A stretch of 26,380 bases of DNA, from IMG/VR virus record IMGVR_UViG_3300017747_001237, positions 1 to 26,380 of that record; one strand, written 5' to 3'. Below the pieces are notes generated by a model. The model made no database searches. It saw only the letters and a list, made by a program, of their open reading frames with translations, and had not been told where the DNA came from. A program made the translations under genes and the position numbers. This DNA is from a virus. Its lineage: Duplodnaviria; Caudoviricetes. Numbering within the stretch: the first letter of the stretch is position 1; each line of letters starts with the position of its first letter. Below are positions 1 through 7,598 of this stretch, piece after piece.

Positions 1-70
1 CCATGATGAGCCCAGCCCCAAGGGCAAGACGCCCGCCGATGGTGCCGAAAAAAGCAATCACGGAGATCAT
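1..70 (-). CDS. Partial membrane protein (5' end only), possibly i-spanin or holin of the lysis cassette
   Basis: ATG at 70 overlaps the TGA of the upstream gene (ATGA, 67-70). Translates MISVIAFFGTIGGRLALGAGLIM..., hydrophobic, and runs off the window edge. Confidence 0.55.
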   Translation of the reverse strand, partial: MISVIAFFGTIGGRLALGAGLIM

Positions 71-1662
71 AGCGGCGGCTCCTGCTGCTGAGCGAGGGAC
101 GCAGCGCCAGCCGCAACAGGAGGCAATAAGCCGTACTTGCGGAGGATTTCTATCAGCTTGTCGTCGAAGACGACGTAGTTACGAGACCCCTGCCCAGCAG
201 CGCGAGAGCCTTGGTCTAGGTATTTGATGCCGGGGATGCCTGCTTCGCGGAGGGCTGATGTATCGCCTGAACCGACCCGCTGATTGCCGGCGGTGTTCCA
301 TCCCGAAACGGCGCCATAAGCTGATTTCCCGGTCAGTTTTTCGCCTGCCGTGTCGTTAAAAAACTCAGCCTGTCGCCTCACTGCAGGATGTTGCAACAAG
401 GCACGTACGTTCTCACTCTGCTGTGCTAGCGGCTTATCCCAGTCTAGGAACGTCTCCGGGTCAGCGTTTATCTTGACCTCGTACATGCGGCCGGGTTCGC
501 CTTTACGAAGTGCCTGCAAAATTGCGACATCATACGGGGGTAACTCGTAATTTAGCCCTGCGTCTCGCAACGATCTGACACGGGAAAGCGCTTTGCTCTC
601 AAACTTTTGAAGAGCCTTTTTCCAATCGCCTCCTGCAAGATCAACAAGCGTTTGCGCAATTTGATCAGTTCCGCCGTCTGCACGGCTTAGGTTCTGCCTA
701 TAGTTCCTCGCTACTCCCTCCGCTTCCGCAAAATACAGCCCGCGCCCATAAGCCTGGGCACCTTCGCCCGTACCAATTTTGTTGATGTCGAATTTGTCGA
801 AGTCATGCGGGCTGCCGTGGTAGGCGCGGATGCCTTGGGGCTTCTGGGCGTATGTCGGGATTTCGCGGTTGGGATATAAATTCGGCTCATACCCGGTCTG
901 GGCCAGATCTCTTGTCTTCAGCAGTGCGTCGCGATCACGCTTGGCCCAAAATGCAACGGCATTGTCTGATAGCTGGTTCCAAGGTGAAGGAACAAGTTTG
1001 GTTTGCGGAAAGTCCCGCGCAATCATGTCGTAGACAGATGACCCCAGCCCCTGCCGTTGCAAATGGTCCGCGACCCGCGCGTTGGTGACTTCAATGCCGC
1101 CGTTCTGGCCTGGCTTGACTTGGAATTGCCCAAGGCCGTTGTACGTGTTATCGCCGCCGTAAACGGGCTTGCCAGCAGGCACCAAATCATACGTCACGCG
1201 ATCAAATCGCGGGTCAGCAACAACATCAAAGTCTCCGACGCGCCTGCCGTTTTTTGGAATAGCTGCGGTAAGGCTGTCCCACTGTTCAGGATCAATGCGC
1301 GGGGCTATTGAGCGATCATATCCGCCGCCAGAACCTTCTGGCGCGCGGGCGATTTGTGGGCGGCCCGGCAATCTGACACTAGGCGCGAAAAAATTTGCCA
1401 GGAATCCAGCTTTGTCCAGGGCATCAGCTGCAATCGGCTTGTCGTCAAACCACGATGGAGCGCGCGGCATCGGGACTTGGCTGTCCCGCTGTGACGGAAG
1501 CGTAAGGTCAGGCGTGGGGCTGTTGAGGTATTTCGACAACGCGCCGACTAGAGGCGATTGATTGATTGCGTCCGTGGCTCGCTGCGGTAGTAGGTGCTCA
1601 TACCACGTCTCCTTCCGAGGCGCGGCCCATTCAGGGCGGGCGTAGTTGTTGAGTGTCGTCAA
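67..1662 (-). CDS. Polyvalent-type protein: GNAT acetyltransferase-like domain plus ADP-ribosyltransferase-like (ART-PolyVal-type) domain
   Basis: Probable TTG start at 1662 overlaps the endolysin stop (TTGA); the ORF-track start at 1734 lies inside the endolysin. GNAT acetyl-CoA motif V-x2-HLQRQGLGS-x-VY and S-x2-A-x2-FW. ART-like motifs AYHGSPHDFDKF, GxGLYFAE-x3-VA-x2-Y, G-x-MYEV and NYVVFD. Confidence 0.75.
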   Translation of the reverse strand: MTTLNNYARPEWAAPRKETWYEHLLPQRATDAINQSPLVGALSKYLNSPTPDLTLPSQRDSQVPMPRAPSWFDDKPIAADALDKAGFLANFFAPSVRLPGRPQIARAPEGSGGGYDRSIAPRIDPEQWDSLTAAIPKNGRRVGDFDVVADPRFDRVTYDLVPAGKPVYGGDNTYNGLGQFQVKPGQNGGIEVTNARVADHLQRQGLGSSVYDMIARDFPQTKLVPSPWNQLSDNAVAFWAKRDRDALLKTRDLAQTGYEPNLYPNREIPTYAQKPQGIRAYHGSPHDFDKFDINKIGTGEGAQAYGRGLYFAEAEGVARNYRQNLSRADGGTDQIAQTLVDLAGGDWKKALQKFESKALSRVRSLRDAGLNYELPPYDVAILQALRKGEPGRMYEVKINADPETFLDWDKPLAQQSENVRALLQHPAVRRQAEFFNDTAGEKLTGKSAYGAVSGWNTAGNQRVGSGDTSALREAGIPGIKYLDQGSRAAGQGSRNYVVFDDKLIEILRKYGLLPPVAAGAASLAQQQEPPL

Positions 1663-2441
1663 GCGCGCCTCCGTTGCCAGTAGGGGAGCCCGTGAGCCAA
1701 AATGAGATACAGACCGCCAGCGCCGACAGACCAAGGCCAGTTAGTGAGCGCCCATGTGGCGAGGTCTTTGCCTTGTTCTGCTACGCCCTTCCAAGCAGTC
1801 AAAGATGAGAGGTCAGGCGGGGCTTGAATGGCCGTCACAGCGCCACCGCTGCCGACTGTGGCCACGCCGCCGACCTTGGCCAGCGCTTCGCCTGTCGTCA
1901 TTTTTGACGTTGGCGCTTCGATCTTCTGAGGCATGGCGTCAACTGGGGCGGACTCAAGGAATAACTCGGTTTCCGCCGCGCGACGCGACACAAGCCCAGC
2001 CAGAGCAACGCTGGTCCCGTCCGCCACCTTGTAAAGGCGGGCCGTGCTGCCGCGCACACGCGCATACTTGAAGTCAGAGAAATGCGAGGCTGCCCGCGCG
2101 TAATCGCCAGCGTTTAGATGCTTAAGAAGTTTCGACTTTTTGAGATTTCCGACGCCGATGTTGTAGCAAAGGCTTACGAGAGCGTCGAACTGCCCTTGTG
2201 TGAGCGGGACCGTCACCAGTTTGTGAACATTGGCCTCATGCGCGCCCATCTCCTTGCGTAACGCGTCCTCGGCTTCCTCTCGCGTCCAGTGAGTGTTTGC
2301 CGTTATCCCCTCTGTGCATCCGTACCCCACCGTCCAGACCCCGGCCGGACACAAGTACGCTTTACACGAACCATCTTTTTGTTTCTGGTGATAACCCTCA
2401 ACGTTTCGGATTAAGTCCAGACCCTTTTCGCTCATTTTCAT
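1659..2441 (-). CDS. Endolysin, GH24 phage lysozyme with C-terminal hydrophobic segments
   Basis: SEKGLDLIRNVEG (Glu15), AYLCPAGVWTVGYG, VTVPLTQGQFDALVSLCYNIG, GLVSRRAAETELF. The C-terminal region is Gly/Ala-rich and hydrophobic and ends YWQRRRA. GGGGA RBS upstream. Confidence 0.95.
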   Translation of the reverse strand: MKMSEKGLDLIRNVEGYHQKQKDGSCKAYLCPAGVWTVGYGCTEGITANTHWTREEAEDALRKEMGAHEANVHKLVTVPLTQGQFDALVSLCYNIGVGNLKKSKLLKHLNAGDYARAASHFSDFKYARVRGSTARLYKVADGTSVALAGLVSRRAAETELFLESAPVDAMPQKIEAPTSKMTTGEALAKVGGVATVGSGGAVTAIQAPPDLSSLTAWKGVAEQGKDLATWALTNWPWSVGAGGLYLILAHGLPYWQRRRA

Positions 2442-2479
2442 GCTACAGATTCCCCGCGCATATTTTTACAGGGTGACGC

Positions 2480-3019
2480 ATGGAGCAATGGAAAGAAGTC
2501 GATTGGATCACGGGCTACAAGGGTGTGCTTGATGTATCCAGCCATGGCCGCATCAGGCGGCGGGCCTACACCTACGAAACGACCGGACGATGGGGAACGC
2601 CGCACATTGCTTCTAAGCCAGACAAGATATTGTCTCCGTCGAATGAGTCTCATGGATACGATGTCATTGCAGTCCAAATCGAGGGGCGAAGAAAAAAGTT
2701 TTTGGTTCACAGACTTGTCGGGCGAGCGTTCGTTCCGGGCTACGAAAAGGGGCTCACCATCAACCACATCAACGGGGTCAAGACAGACAATCGCCCCGAA
2801 AACCTTGAATGGGTGACGCTCGCCATCAACACCAAAAAGCAATGGGAAACTGGCCTTGTTGCCGGCACCAGAAAGAAGTTGACCAGCGGCAAAGTCCGCA
2901 TCATCCGAGAAGCTCTTTTGCTCGGCCTGTCCGCTTATAAGTTGTCGATACTCTGCGACGTTGATCCGACGCTCATCTACGGCATCAAGCGCGGGTCCCG
3001 GTGGAAATCGTCCGACTGA
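2480..3019 (+). CDS. Free-standing NUMOD4-HNH homing endonuclease with C-terminal HTH-like domain
   Basis: NUMOD4-like WKEVDWITGYKG..VSSHGRIR; HNH_3-like VHRLVGRAF...INHINGVKTDNRPENLEWVT..N; C-terminal KLT...V..IR...I..IKRG..WK. AGGGTG RBS. The only credible plus-strand gene in the window. Confidence 0.93.
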   Translation: MEQWKEVDWITGYKGVLDVSSHGRIRRRAYTYETTGRWGTPHIASKPDKILSPSNESHGYDVIAVQIEGRRKKFLVHRLVGRAFVPGYEKGLTINHINGVKTDNRPENLEWVTLAINTKKQWETGLVAGTRKKLTSGKVRIIREALLLGLSAYKLSILCDVDPTLIYGIKRGSRWKSSD

Positions 3020-3067
3020 TCCCTCTTGGGACTTGATGAGGGCTAGGCCTTTTTCGCTGAGCTTCAC
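3020..3067 (-). pseudogene. 16-codon remnant of the endolysin 5' end (MKLSEKGLALIKSQEG)
   Basis: 11/16 aa and 29/48 nt identical to the first 16 codons of the endolysin (2394-2441). GTG start overlaps the upstream stop (GTGA, 3064-3067). Similarity ends exactly at the HNH stop codon. Confidence 0.85.
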
Positions 3068-3528
3068 GGCTGCACCTCGACGCGGCCGAGGGCTGTCTGC
3101 TCGATCTCAACAATGCGAGATTGCATGGCCTGCATTTGCTCTGCCAATTCCAGCAGAGCTTGCGCTAAAGCGCCTGTGTTTTGGTTGTCCATTGGTGCGG
3201 GCAATGCCTGTTGAGTTGCACGCGTGACCAATGCCGGCAACATATCACGAACCGCTGCCACAACGAGCGGCGTGACCTCGACAGTTGTCGGAGATTGCAC
3301 GATTTGCGTGACCTGTTGCGCCTGGTCCACGCGGGCGTAAATATCCCAGCTTGCGCCATTGCTCACAGCGAGAGACGGGCGCGGGTTGCCGTCGCGCCGG
3401 TCGTTGATGAGGATAATGCTTCCGGTGCAGGTCACGGGATCGGGAAGCCGCGCCGGCTCGTAGACCGGGATGCGCAGCGGCTTCAAGACCGTGGCAACGC
3501 TGCCGCCGTCTTCGATGATGCGCGCCAT
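3064..3528 (-). CDS. Tail-fibre-associated protein, possible chaperone
   Basis: ATG at 3528 with GGGG upstream. N-terminal IPVY...LP....G..I.I.D......LA.SNG.SW module resembles those in phage fibre proteins. C-terminal coiled coil LAQALLELAEQMQAMQSRIVEIE. Confidence 0.6.
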   Translation of the reverse strand: MARIIEDGGSVATVLKPLRIPVYEPARLPDPVTCTGSIILINDRRDGNPRPSLAVSNGASWDIYARVDQAQQVTQIVQSPTTVEVTPLVVAAVRDMLPALVTRATQQALPAPMDNQNTGALAQALLELAEQMQAMQSRIVEIEQTALGRVEVQP

Positions 3529-3603
3529 GTCATGACCCCGCAAAAATCACGCCACACATTGGCACAGCGGGCGATTCACGCCGGTGTTTCTGGAACTCTG
3601 GTC

Positions 3604-4287
3604 TCATCTGAGAGACACAAAGCAGGCCGACCCCGCCGTTTGAAATGTCGGATTGACCGTTATGGTTGTTGAACCTGTTGTTGAGAACGTCGTGTCTCCG
3701 CCCGTGTGGGGCAAAACGCTCGCCTCGGTGTCGATGTCATAGCGTTCGGTCGCGTTGGTGGCGGAGTGCGTTGGCAGGCCCCCGGAATAGTAAGTGTAAG
3801 CAACATAAATTCCGACACCGCCCGCAGTGTGTGACAAGCTGCCGGATGTGTACGGGGCAACGGTCTGACTTGTGGCGGTGGCAACAGGCGTTGATGATTG
3901 CAGATCGTAGACAGCCCACACGCCGATACCGGAACGCGCGCATGTTGCCGAGTACGTGACAACGATGTCTGCTGTGGTGCCTGTGTCTACCTGTATGATG
4001 TAGAGCGCCGTGCGCTGGTTCGCGCCGCCGCCAGATCCTTCGTCGGTGCAGAGCTGCGTCGCCGCGTTGCCGCCAACGGTGACGCTCGTTACCGACACCG
4101 TTCCGCCCCTACCGCCAGCCACGCCGATGACAATTTGTCGGCCTGTCGCCGCCGTGCCGATTGATTGGCTCGAAAAGGTGTATGTCGATGCGTCAGTCGC
4201 CGACTGCGCGTTCGTGCAAAACGAACGCGACGCCACCGTATTGCTGGAAACAGCCGACGCGATCAAAGATGCAAATGATGGTCCCAT
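3604..4287 (-). CDS. Beta-rich tail-fibre tip/adhesin-like protein
   Basis: Start MGPSFASL at 4287 is coupled to the fibre stop (TAATG). Ser/Thr/Gly-rich with beta-strand patterning. Confidence 0.65.
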   Translation of the reverse strand: MGPSFASLIASAVSSNTVASRSFCTNAQSATDASTYTFSSQSIGTAATGRQIVIGVAGGRGGTVSVTSVTVGGNAATQLCTDEGSGGGANQRTALYIIQVDTGTTADIVVTYSATCARSGIGVWAVYDLQSSTPVATATSQTVAPYTSGSLSHTAGGVGIYVAYTYYSGGLPTHSATNATERYDIDTEASVLPHTGGDTTFSTTGSTTITVNPTFQTAGSACFVSLR

Positions 4288-7200
4288 TAGGTTAGCCCCG
4301 TTCCTGAAATCATCCACGACGTCGATGTCACCTTAATCGCTGTGGCCATGCCGTTTGCCGCAAGAGTGCGGCTCCCCGTGGTTCCGGCTCCCGCAAGCGT
4401 CAGCGTGTCCGTCGTAATAGAAATTGTTACCGTGTTTATGGCGTTGATAAACGTGAGGCACGTTCCGACAGGATAGGCGACCGAAGAATTCGCCGGGATC
4501 GTAAACGTCCTTGCGTTGTTGTCTGAGCTTGGGTGATAAATGTGCTTCTGAGCATCAGCCAAGACAAGGGTGTAGGCGGCCGATTTCGAATTCTGCGGGA
4601 TCTGCGAATACAGCGGCACGCCTTCAACCGCAATTATGCCGGCGCTCTCGCGCGACACAGTCGTGTCGGTCGCATGGCCAAGTTCGATTGCCCCCGTTGT
4701 TGTCTTTGCGCTTGTCCCATTCGAAAAGTCGCTTGCAATCGTCAACGCGCCGGCCGGCGTCATCGAGAACCCGGTCACGGTTGACGAAAAGTCCGCATTC
4801 GCCGTGGCAACACCGTTGAATATGAAGTCGAGCGTTGTGCCGTTATAAACTGCGTACATACCTTTAAGGCCAGAGCCGCCGTTTTTCAGCGTGTTGGCTG
4901 TTGACGAATGCTCGGCTAAAAATGCAAGAAAAGGAACGCCGGCGCCGTTGAGCGTCCCGGTCGAGCCGTAATAGTCCGTGTTGGCGTGGCTCCACTTGAT
5001 GCCGCTGCCCCCATGCGTGGCGATGAGAACGGCAATGTTTGTCGCGCCGGAATGCGAGAAGGTATAGCCAGCATCCGCGCCCGCAAAGGCCAACGCGTTG
5101 CTTGAGTGCGTGACAGTCACGTCACCATTAGCGAAGTTGACCACGCCGCCGGACGCGAGGAACAGATCAGACCACGAGGCCGCGCCCGTGCCCAAAGAAT
5201 CAGCGTCGTTTGCCGTCGGGTCAGGATATGATGCTAAAGCGGCTGAATACGCTTGAACGTTAGTGCCAATCGCAAGACCTAGATTGCTTCGCGACGTTGC
5301 GGCGCTTGCGACATCCGAAAGATTGTTGGCTGCGACGAGATCGCCTGTCCCCGCCCCGTCTGCGCCCTTATCGCCGCTGCGTTCGAACAGCACCGCAACA
5401 TTGACCGCAGTCAGGCTCGTGACGCCTGACACGTAGCTGACGTTGATCGTATCATAAGACCCGTTGTCCGTGTTCGTGCCGGACACCGAAAACCGAACCT
5501 TGTTTGCTGGCGTCGCTAGGTCAACCAGCGTTAGATAGCCTCGCACCGTCGTGGTGCTGTCGTCCCATTGCGCAATTGCCGCCGCTTGCGACACACCGAG
5601 GCGGTCTGTCTCATTGATGTAAAGAGCTGTTGCAGACGACAGCGTTGCGTTGTTGGCGCGTATTTTGCCTGTGCCGGGGTCCGCAGCCGTTGTGCCTGTG
5701 TCAAAAGCCCAGTCGAAACTGTAAACCCCAGCCGCACCCGTCGCGCCCGTGGCACCGTTGGTGCCGTTCGTCCCGTTGGTGCCGTTTGTTCCAGCGTCGC
5801 CTTTGTCACCCTTTAGAACCGGGTTGACCGCAACGGCATTGGTGTTGCTGATTGTCCCAGCCGTGCCAACGAACGTAACGGGAAACGTCCAATAGTCGCC
5901 CTGATCCGTGCCAGCCCCGCTGATGGCAAAACTGTGACGGTTGGCGGGACTGCCCTCTTTTACAATGTAGAGCTTGGCGCGAATCGACGACGTACTGTCA
6001 TCCCAGGTCGCAATTTCCGTTTCGATATCGGCCCCTGATGCCGTCAGCTTGTGAATACCAATTTCTGTAATACTGGCAACGGTCGCGTGATTGCCCCTAA
6101 TCTTACCTGAGCCCGGATCTCCTGATGTGGCCGTGCTCCAGGCATAGTCAAATGAGGCGTCGAGCCCGTCTGTGCCCTGCGCGCCTTGCGCACCTTGCGG
6201 CCCCTGCAATGCCGTAAGGCTCAAAACCCGGACATACGCATAGGTTTCAAGGTTGCTGGCAATTGACATCGCCGTGCCGAGCGCGTTGCCGCTCGAGTTG
6301 GTCTGCAGGTAGTATTCAAGGATCAGGTTATCAGAGCTGGCCAGCGTGAAGGTCGCGACGACCTGGCTGCCATGCGTACCGTCCGCGCCGGAACCGGACA
6401 CGCCGTTGATGCCATAAAAGATCGTGCCGGCCGTTTCCAGTCGCAGCCGCAGTTGTGCGCCGTCCGCGCGCGAGAACACTCCGTCAGCATCGACGTTGTA
6501 GGTTCCGGCAGGAAGAGCGATCTTGTTGGATGCCAGAGACGCGCCCGTGATGGAGTTGGCAGACTCCGTCTGCAGCGTGTGCGTCGTCCAAGCGCCTGGC
6601 GTGGTGCTGCCGGTAGACGTGCCGTCTGCCCTCTGGTCAAGCCAAATGCCCATTTTGAGGGTTGACGTCGACGGGGTTGACATGCCGGTCTGATCGGCCC
6701 AGGCGTTGCCGATGAAGGCCGTGTAAAGGTTTTCGTCCTCAACGTAGGCGAGCCAGCCTTCAGTTGGCGTGTAGCGGAACCACGATCCGTTGCCGTCGCT
6801 TTCCACGACGTCGTGCTGCGCGAACGAGAGCGTTGACCAAACGCCCGTGGGCGTGCCGTTGATGATGTAGCGGGCTCCACCAACGGGGGAGCTTGGTGGC
6901 GCGGTCAGGCGGTCCGCGATCTTAAAGAACGCCAGCCCGTCCAGCATCAGCGCGGGCGTGGAGCCGTCCACATACCAGTTGCCGCCATCCGAAACGAACT
7001 GCACGGATTCGCCGAGGCTCTTGAGCGAAAACGACGTGACGGAAGCGCCGGAAATGCCAATGGTTTGGCCGGCCGTGGTGCGGATGGTAACAACGTTTGC
7101 CGTGCCTGCATGACGAACGGTGACGCGGAACCCGTCTTCTGCCGTAACCGCCGACAGCAGCGTGATCGCAAAGCTACCCGAGGTCGGGTTGGCGTTGATC

Positions 7201-7598
7201 ACCTTCCCCTGATCGGCCGCGACGACGGTGTATGTGCTGGTTTTGGAGCTGACCGGGGTCTCAGGAAGGGCAATCTCGTCAGTTGCTGGCGTTGCGACAG
7301 CGCCGGGGACGTTGTCATGGGTGACAAGCGTGGTGCCGGCCGAGTCCTTCACGATCATCTTGAAAGCGCTGGTGCCAGTGAACACCAATGTGCGCGCGTT
7401 GCCGGATGTCTTCGGATAGCCGGACGAATCCGTCGAAACCGTCGTCCCGAGTGACGAGGTCAGGTCTTTGTCGGCGTAGACGGTTTTCGGCGTGGACGTG
7501 CCCGCTTCGTAAAATTCGACGGTCCCGTTTGAGACGGGATTGCCCGACGCATCCGTGATGCGCACCATCGGGCTAAACACTGCGATAGAGTCGGTCAT
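4287..7598 (-). CDS. Tail fibre protein (1103 aa)
   Basis: N-terminal virion-attachment-like region (DASGNPVSNGTVEFYEAGTSTPKTVY.D), DUF2793-like segment (TAPPSSP..GARYII..TPTG.W...W....P.EGWLAYVEDE), collagen-like Gly-X-Y runs, a duplicated ~120-aa module and NNLSDVASAATSRSNLGL. Confidence 0.9.
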   Translation of the reverse strand: MTDSIAVFSPMVRITDASGNPVSNGTVEFYEAGTSTPKTVYADKDLTSSLGTTVSTDSSGYPKTSGNARTLVFTGTSAFKMIVKDSAGTTLVTHDNVPGAVATPATDEIALPETPVSSKTSTYTVVAADQGKVINANPTSGSFAITLLSAVTAEDGFRVTVRHAGTANVVTIRTTAGQTIGISGASVTSFSLKSLGESVQFVSDGGNWYVDGSTPALMLDGLAFFKIADRLTAPPSSPVGGARYIINGTPTGVWSTLSFAQHDVVESDGNGSWFRYTPTEGWLAYVEDENLYTAFIGNAWADQTGMSTPSTSTLKMGIWLDQRADGTSTGSTTPGAWTTHTLQTESANSITGASLASNKIALPAGTYNVDADGVFSRADGAQLRLRLETAGTIFYGINGVSGSGADGTHGSQVVATFTLASSDNLILEYYLQTNSSGNALGTAMSIASNLETYAYVRVLSLTALQGPQGAQGAQGTDGLDASFDYAWSTATSGDPGSGKIRGNHATVASITEIGIHKLTASGADIETEIATWDDSTSSIRAKLYIVKEGSPANRHSFAISGAGTDQGDYWTFPVTFVGTAGTISNTNAVAVNPVLKGDKGDAGTNGTNGTNGTNGATGATGAAGVYSFDWAFDTGTTAADPGTGKIRANNATLSSATALYINETDRLGVSQAAAIAQWDDSTTTVRGYLTLVDLATPANKVRFSVSGTNTDNGSYDTINVSYVSGVTSLTAVNVAVLFERSGDKGADGAGTGDLVAANNLSDVASAATSRSNLGLAIGTNVQAYSAALASYPDPTANDADSLGTGAASWSDLFLASGGVVNFANGDVTVTHSSNALAFAGADAGYTFSHSGATNIAVLIATHGGSGIKWSHANTDYYGSTGTLNGAGVPFLAFLAEHSSTANTLKNGGSGLKGMYAVYNGTTLDFIFNGVATANADFSSTVTGFSMTPAGALTIASDFSNGTSAKTTTGAIELGHATDTTVSRESAGIIAVEGVPLYSQIPQNSKSAAYTLVLADAQKHIYHPSSDNNARTFTIPANSSVAYPVGTCLTFINAINTVTISITTDTLTLAGAGTTGSRTLAANGMATAIKVTSTSWMISGTGLT
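5360..6205 (-). repeat. Two diverged tandem ~120-aa modules flanked by collagen-like Gly-X-Y repeats (approximate limits)
   Basis: SFDYAW..T..DPGSGKIRGN..WDDST..R..L....PAN...F..SG..TD.G.Y...KGDKG versus SFDWAF..T..DPGTGKIRAN..WDDST..R..L....PAN...F..SG..TD.G.Y...SGDKG. GTN/GAT 9-bp repeats at about 5730-5795. Confidence 0.85.

Larger units (their letters stand above)
2438..3067 (-). other. Open antisense frame (209 codons) linking the remnant lysin start to the intact lysin start
   Basis: Starts at the coupled GTG (3067), has no stop across the antisense of the HNH gene, and ends in TGA overlapping the endolysin ATG (ATGA, 2438-2441). After residue 16 the product resembles no family I recognise. 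Confidence 0.45.

Noticed and set aside
1663-1734. ORF-track N-terminal extension of the polyvalent protein
   Set aside because: It lies inside the endolysin 3' end; the TTG at 1662 gives the usual 4-nt overlap.
2433-2441. Met-Lys-Met dual-start motif as in the lambda S holin
   Set aside because: The gene is a lysozyme and the remnant copy has Leu at position 3; probably coincidence.
2442-3019. Group I intron or intein in the lysin gene
   Set aside because: The HNH is on the opposite strand, there is no space for a ribozyme core, no intein terminal motifs are present, and the lysin downstream is already complete.
3529-3603. Terminator in the gap after the fibre tip gene
   Set aside because: Only a 4-bp stem (GCCA/TGGC), separated from the T run.
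5727-5812. 9-bp tandem repeats as a CRISPR, VNTR or DGR element
   Set aside because: They encode collagen-like Gly-X-Y in the fibre. No spacers, reverse transcriptase or template/variable repeat pair was seen.
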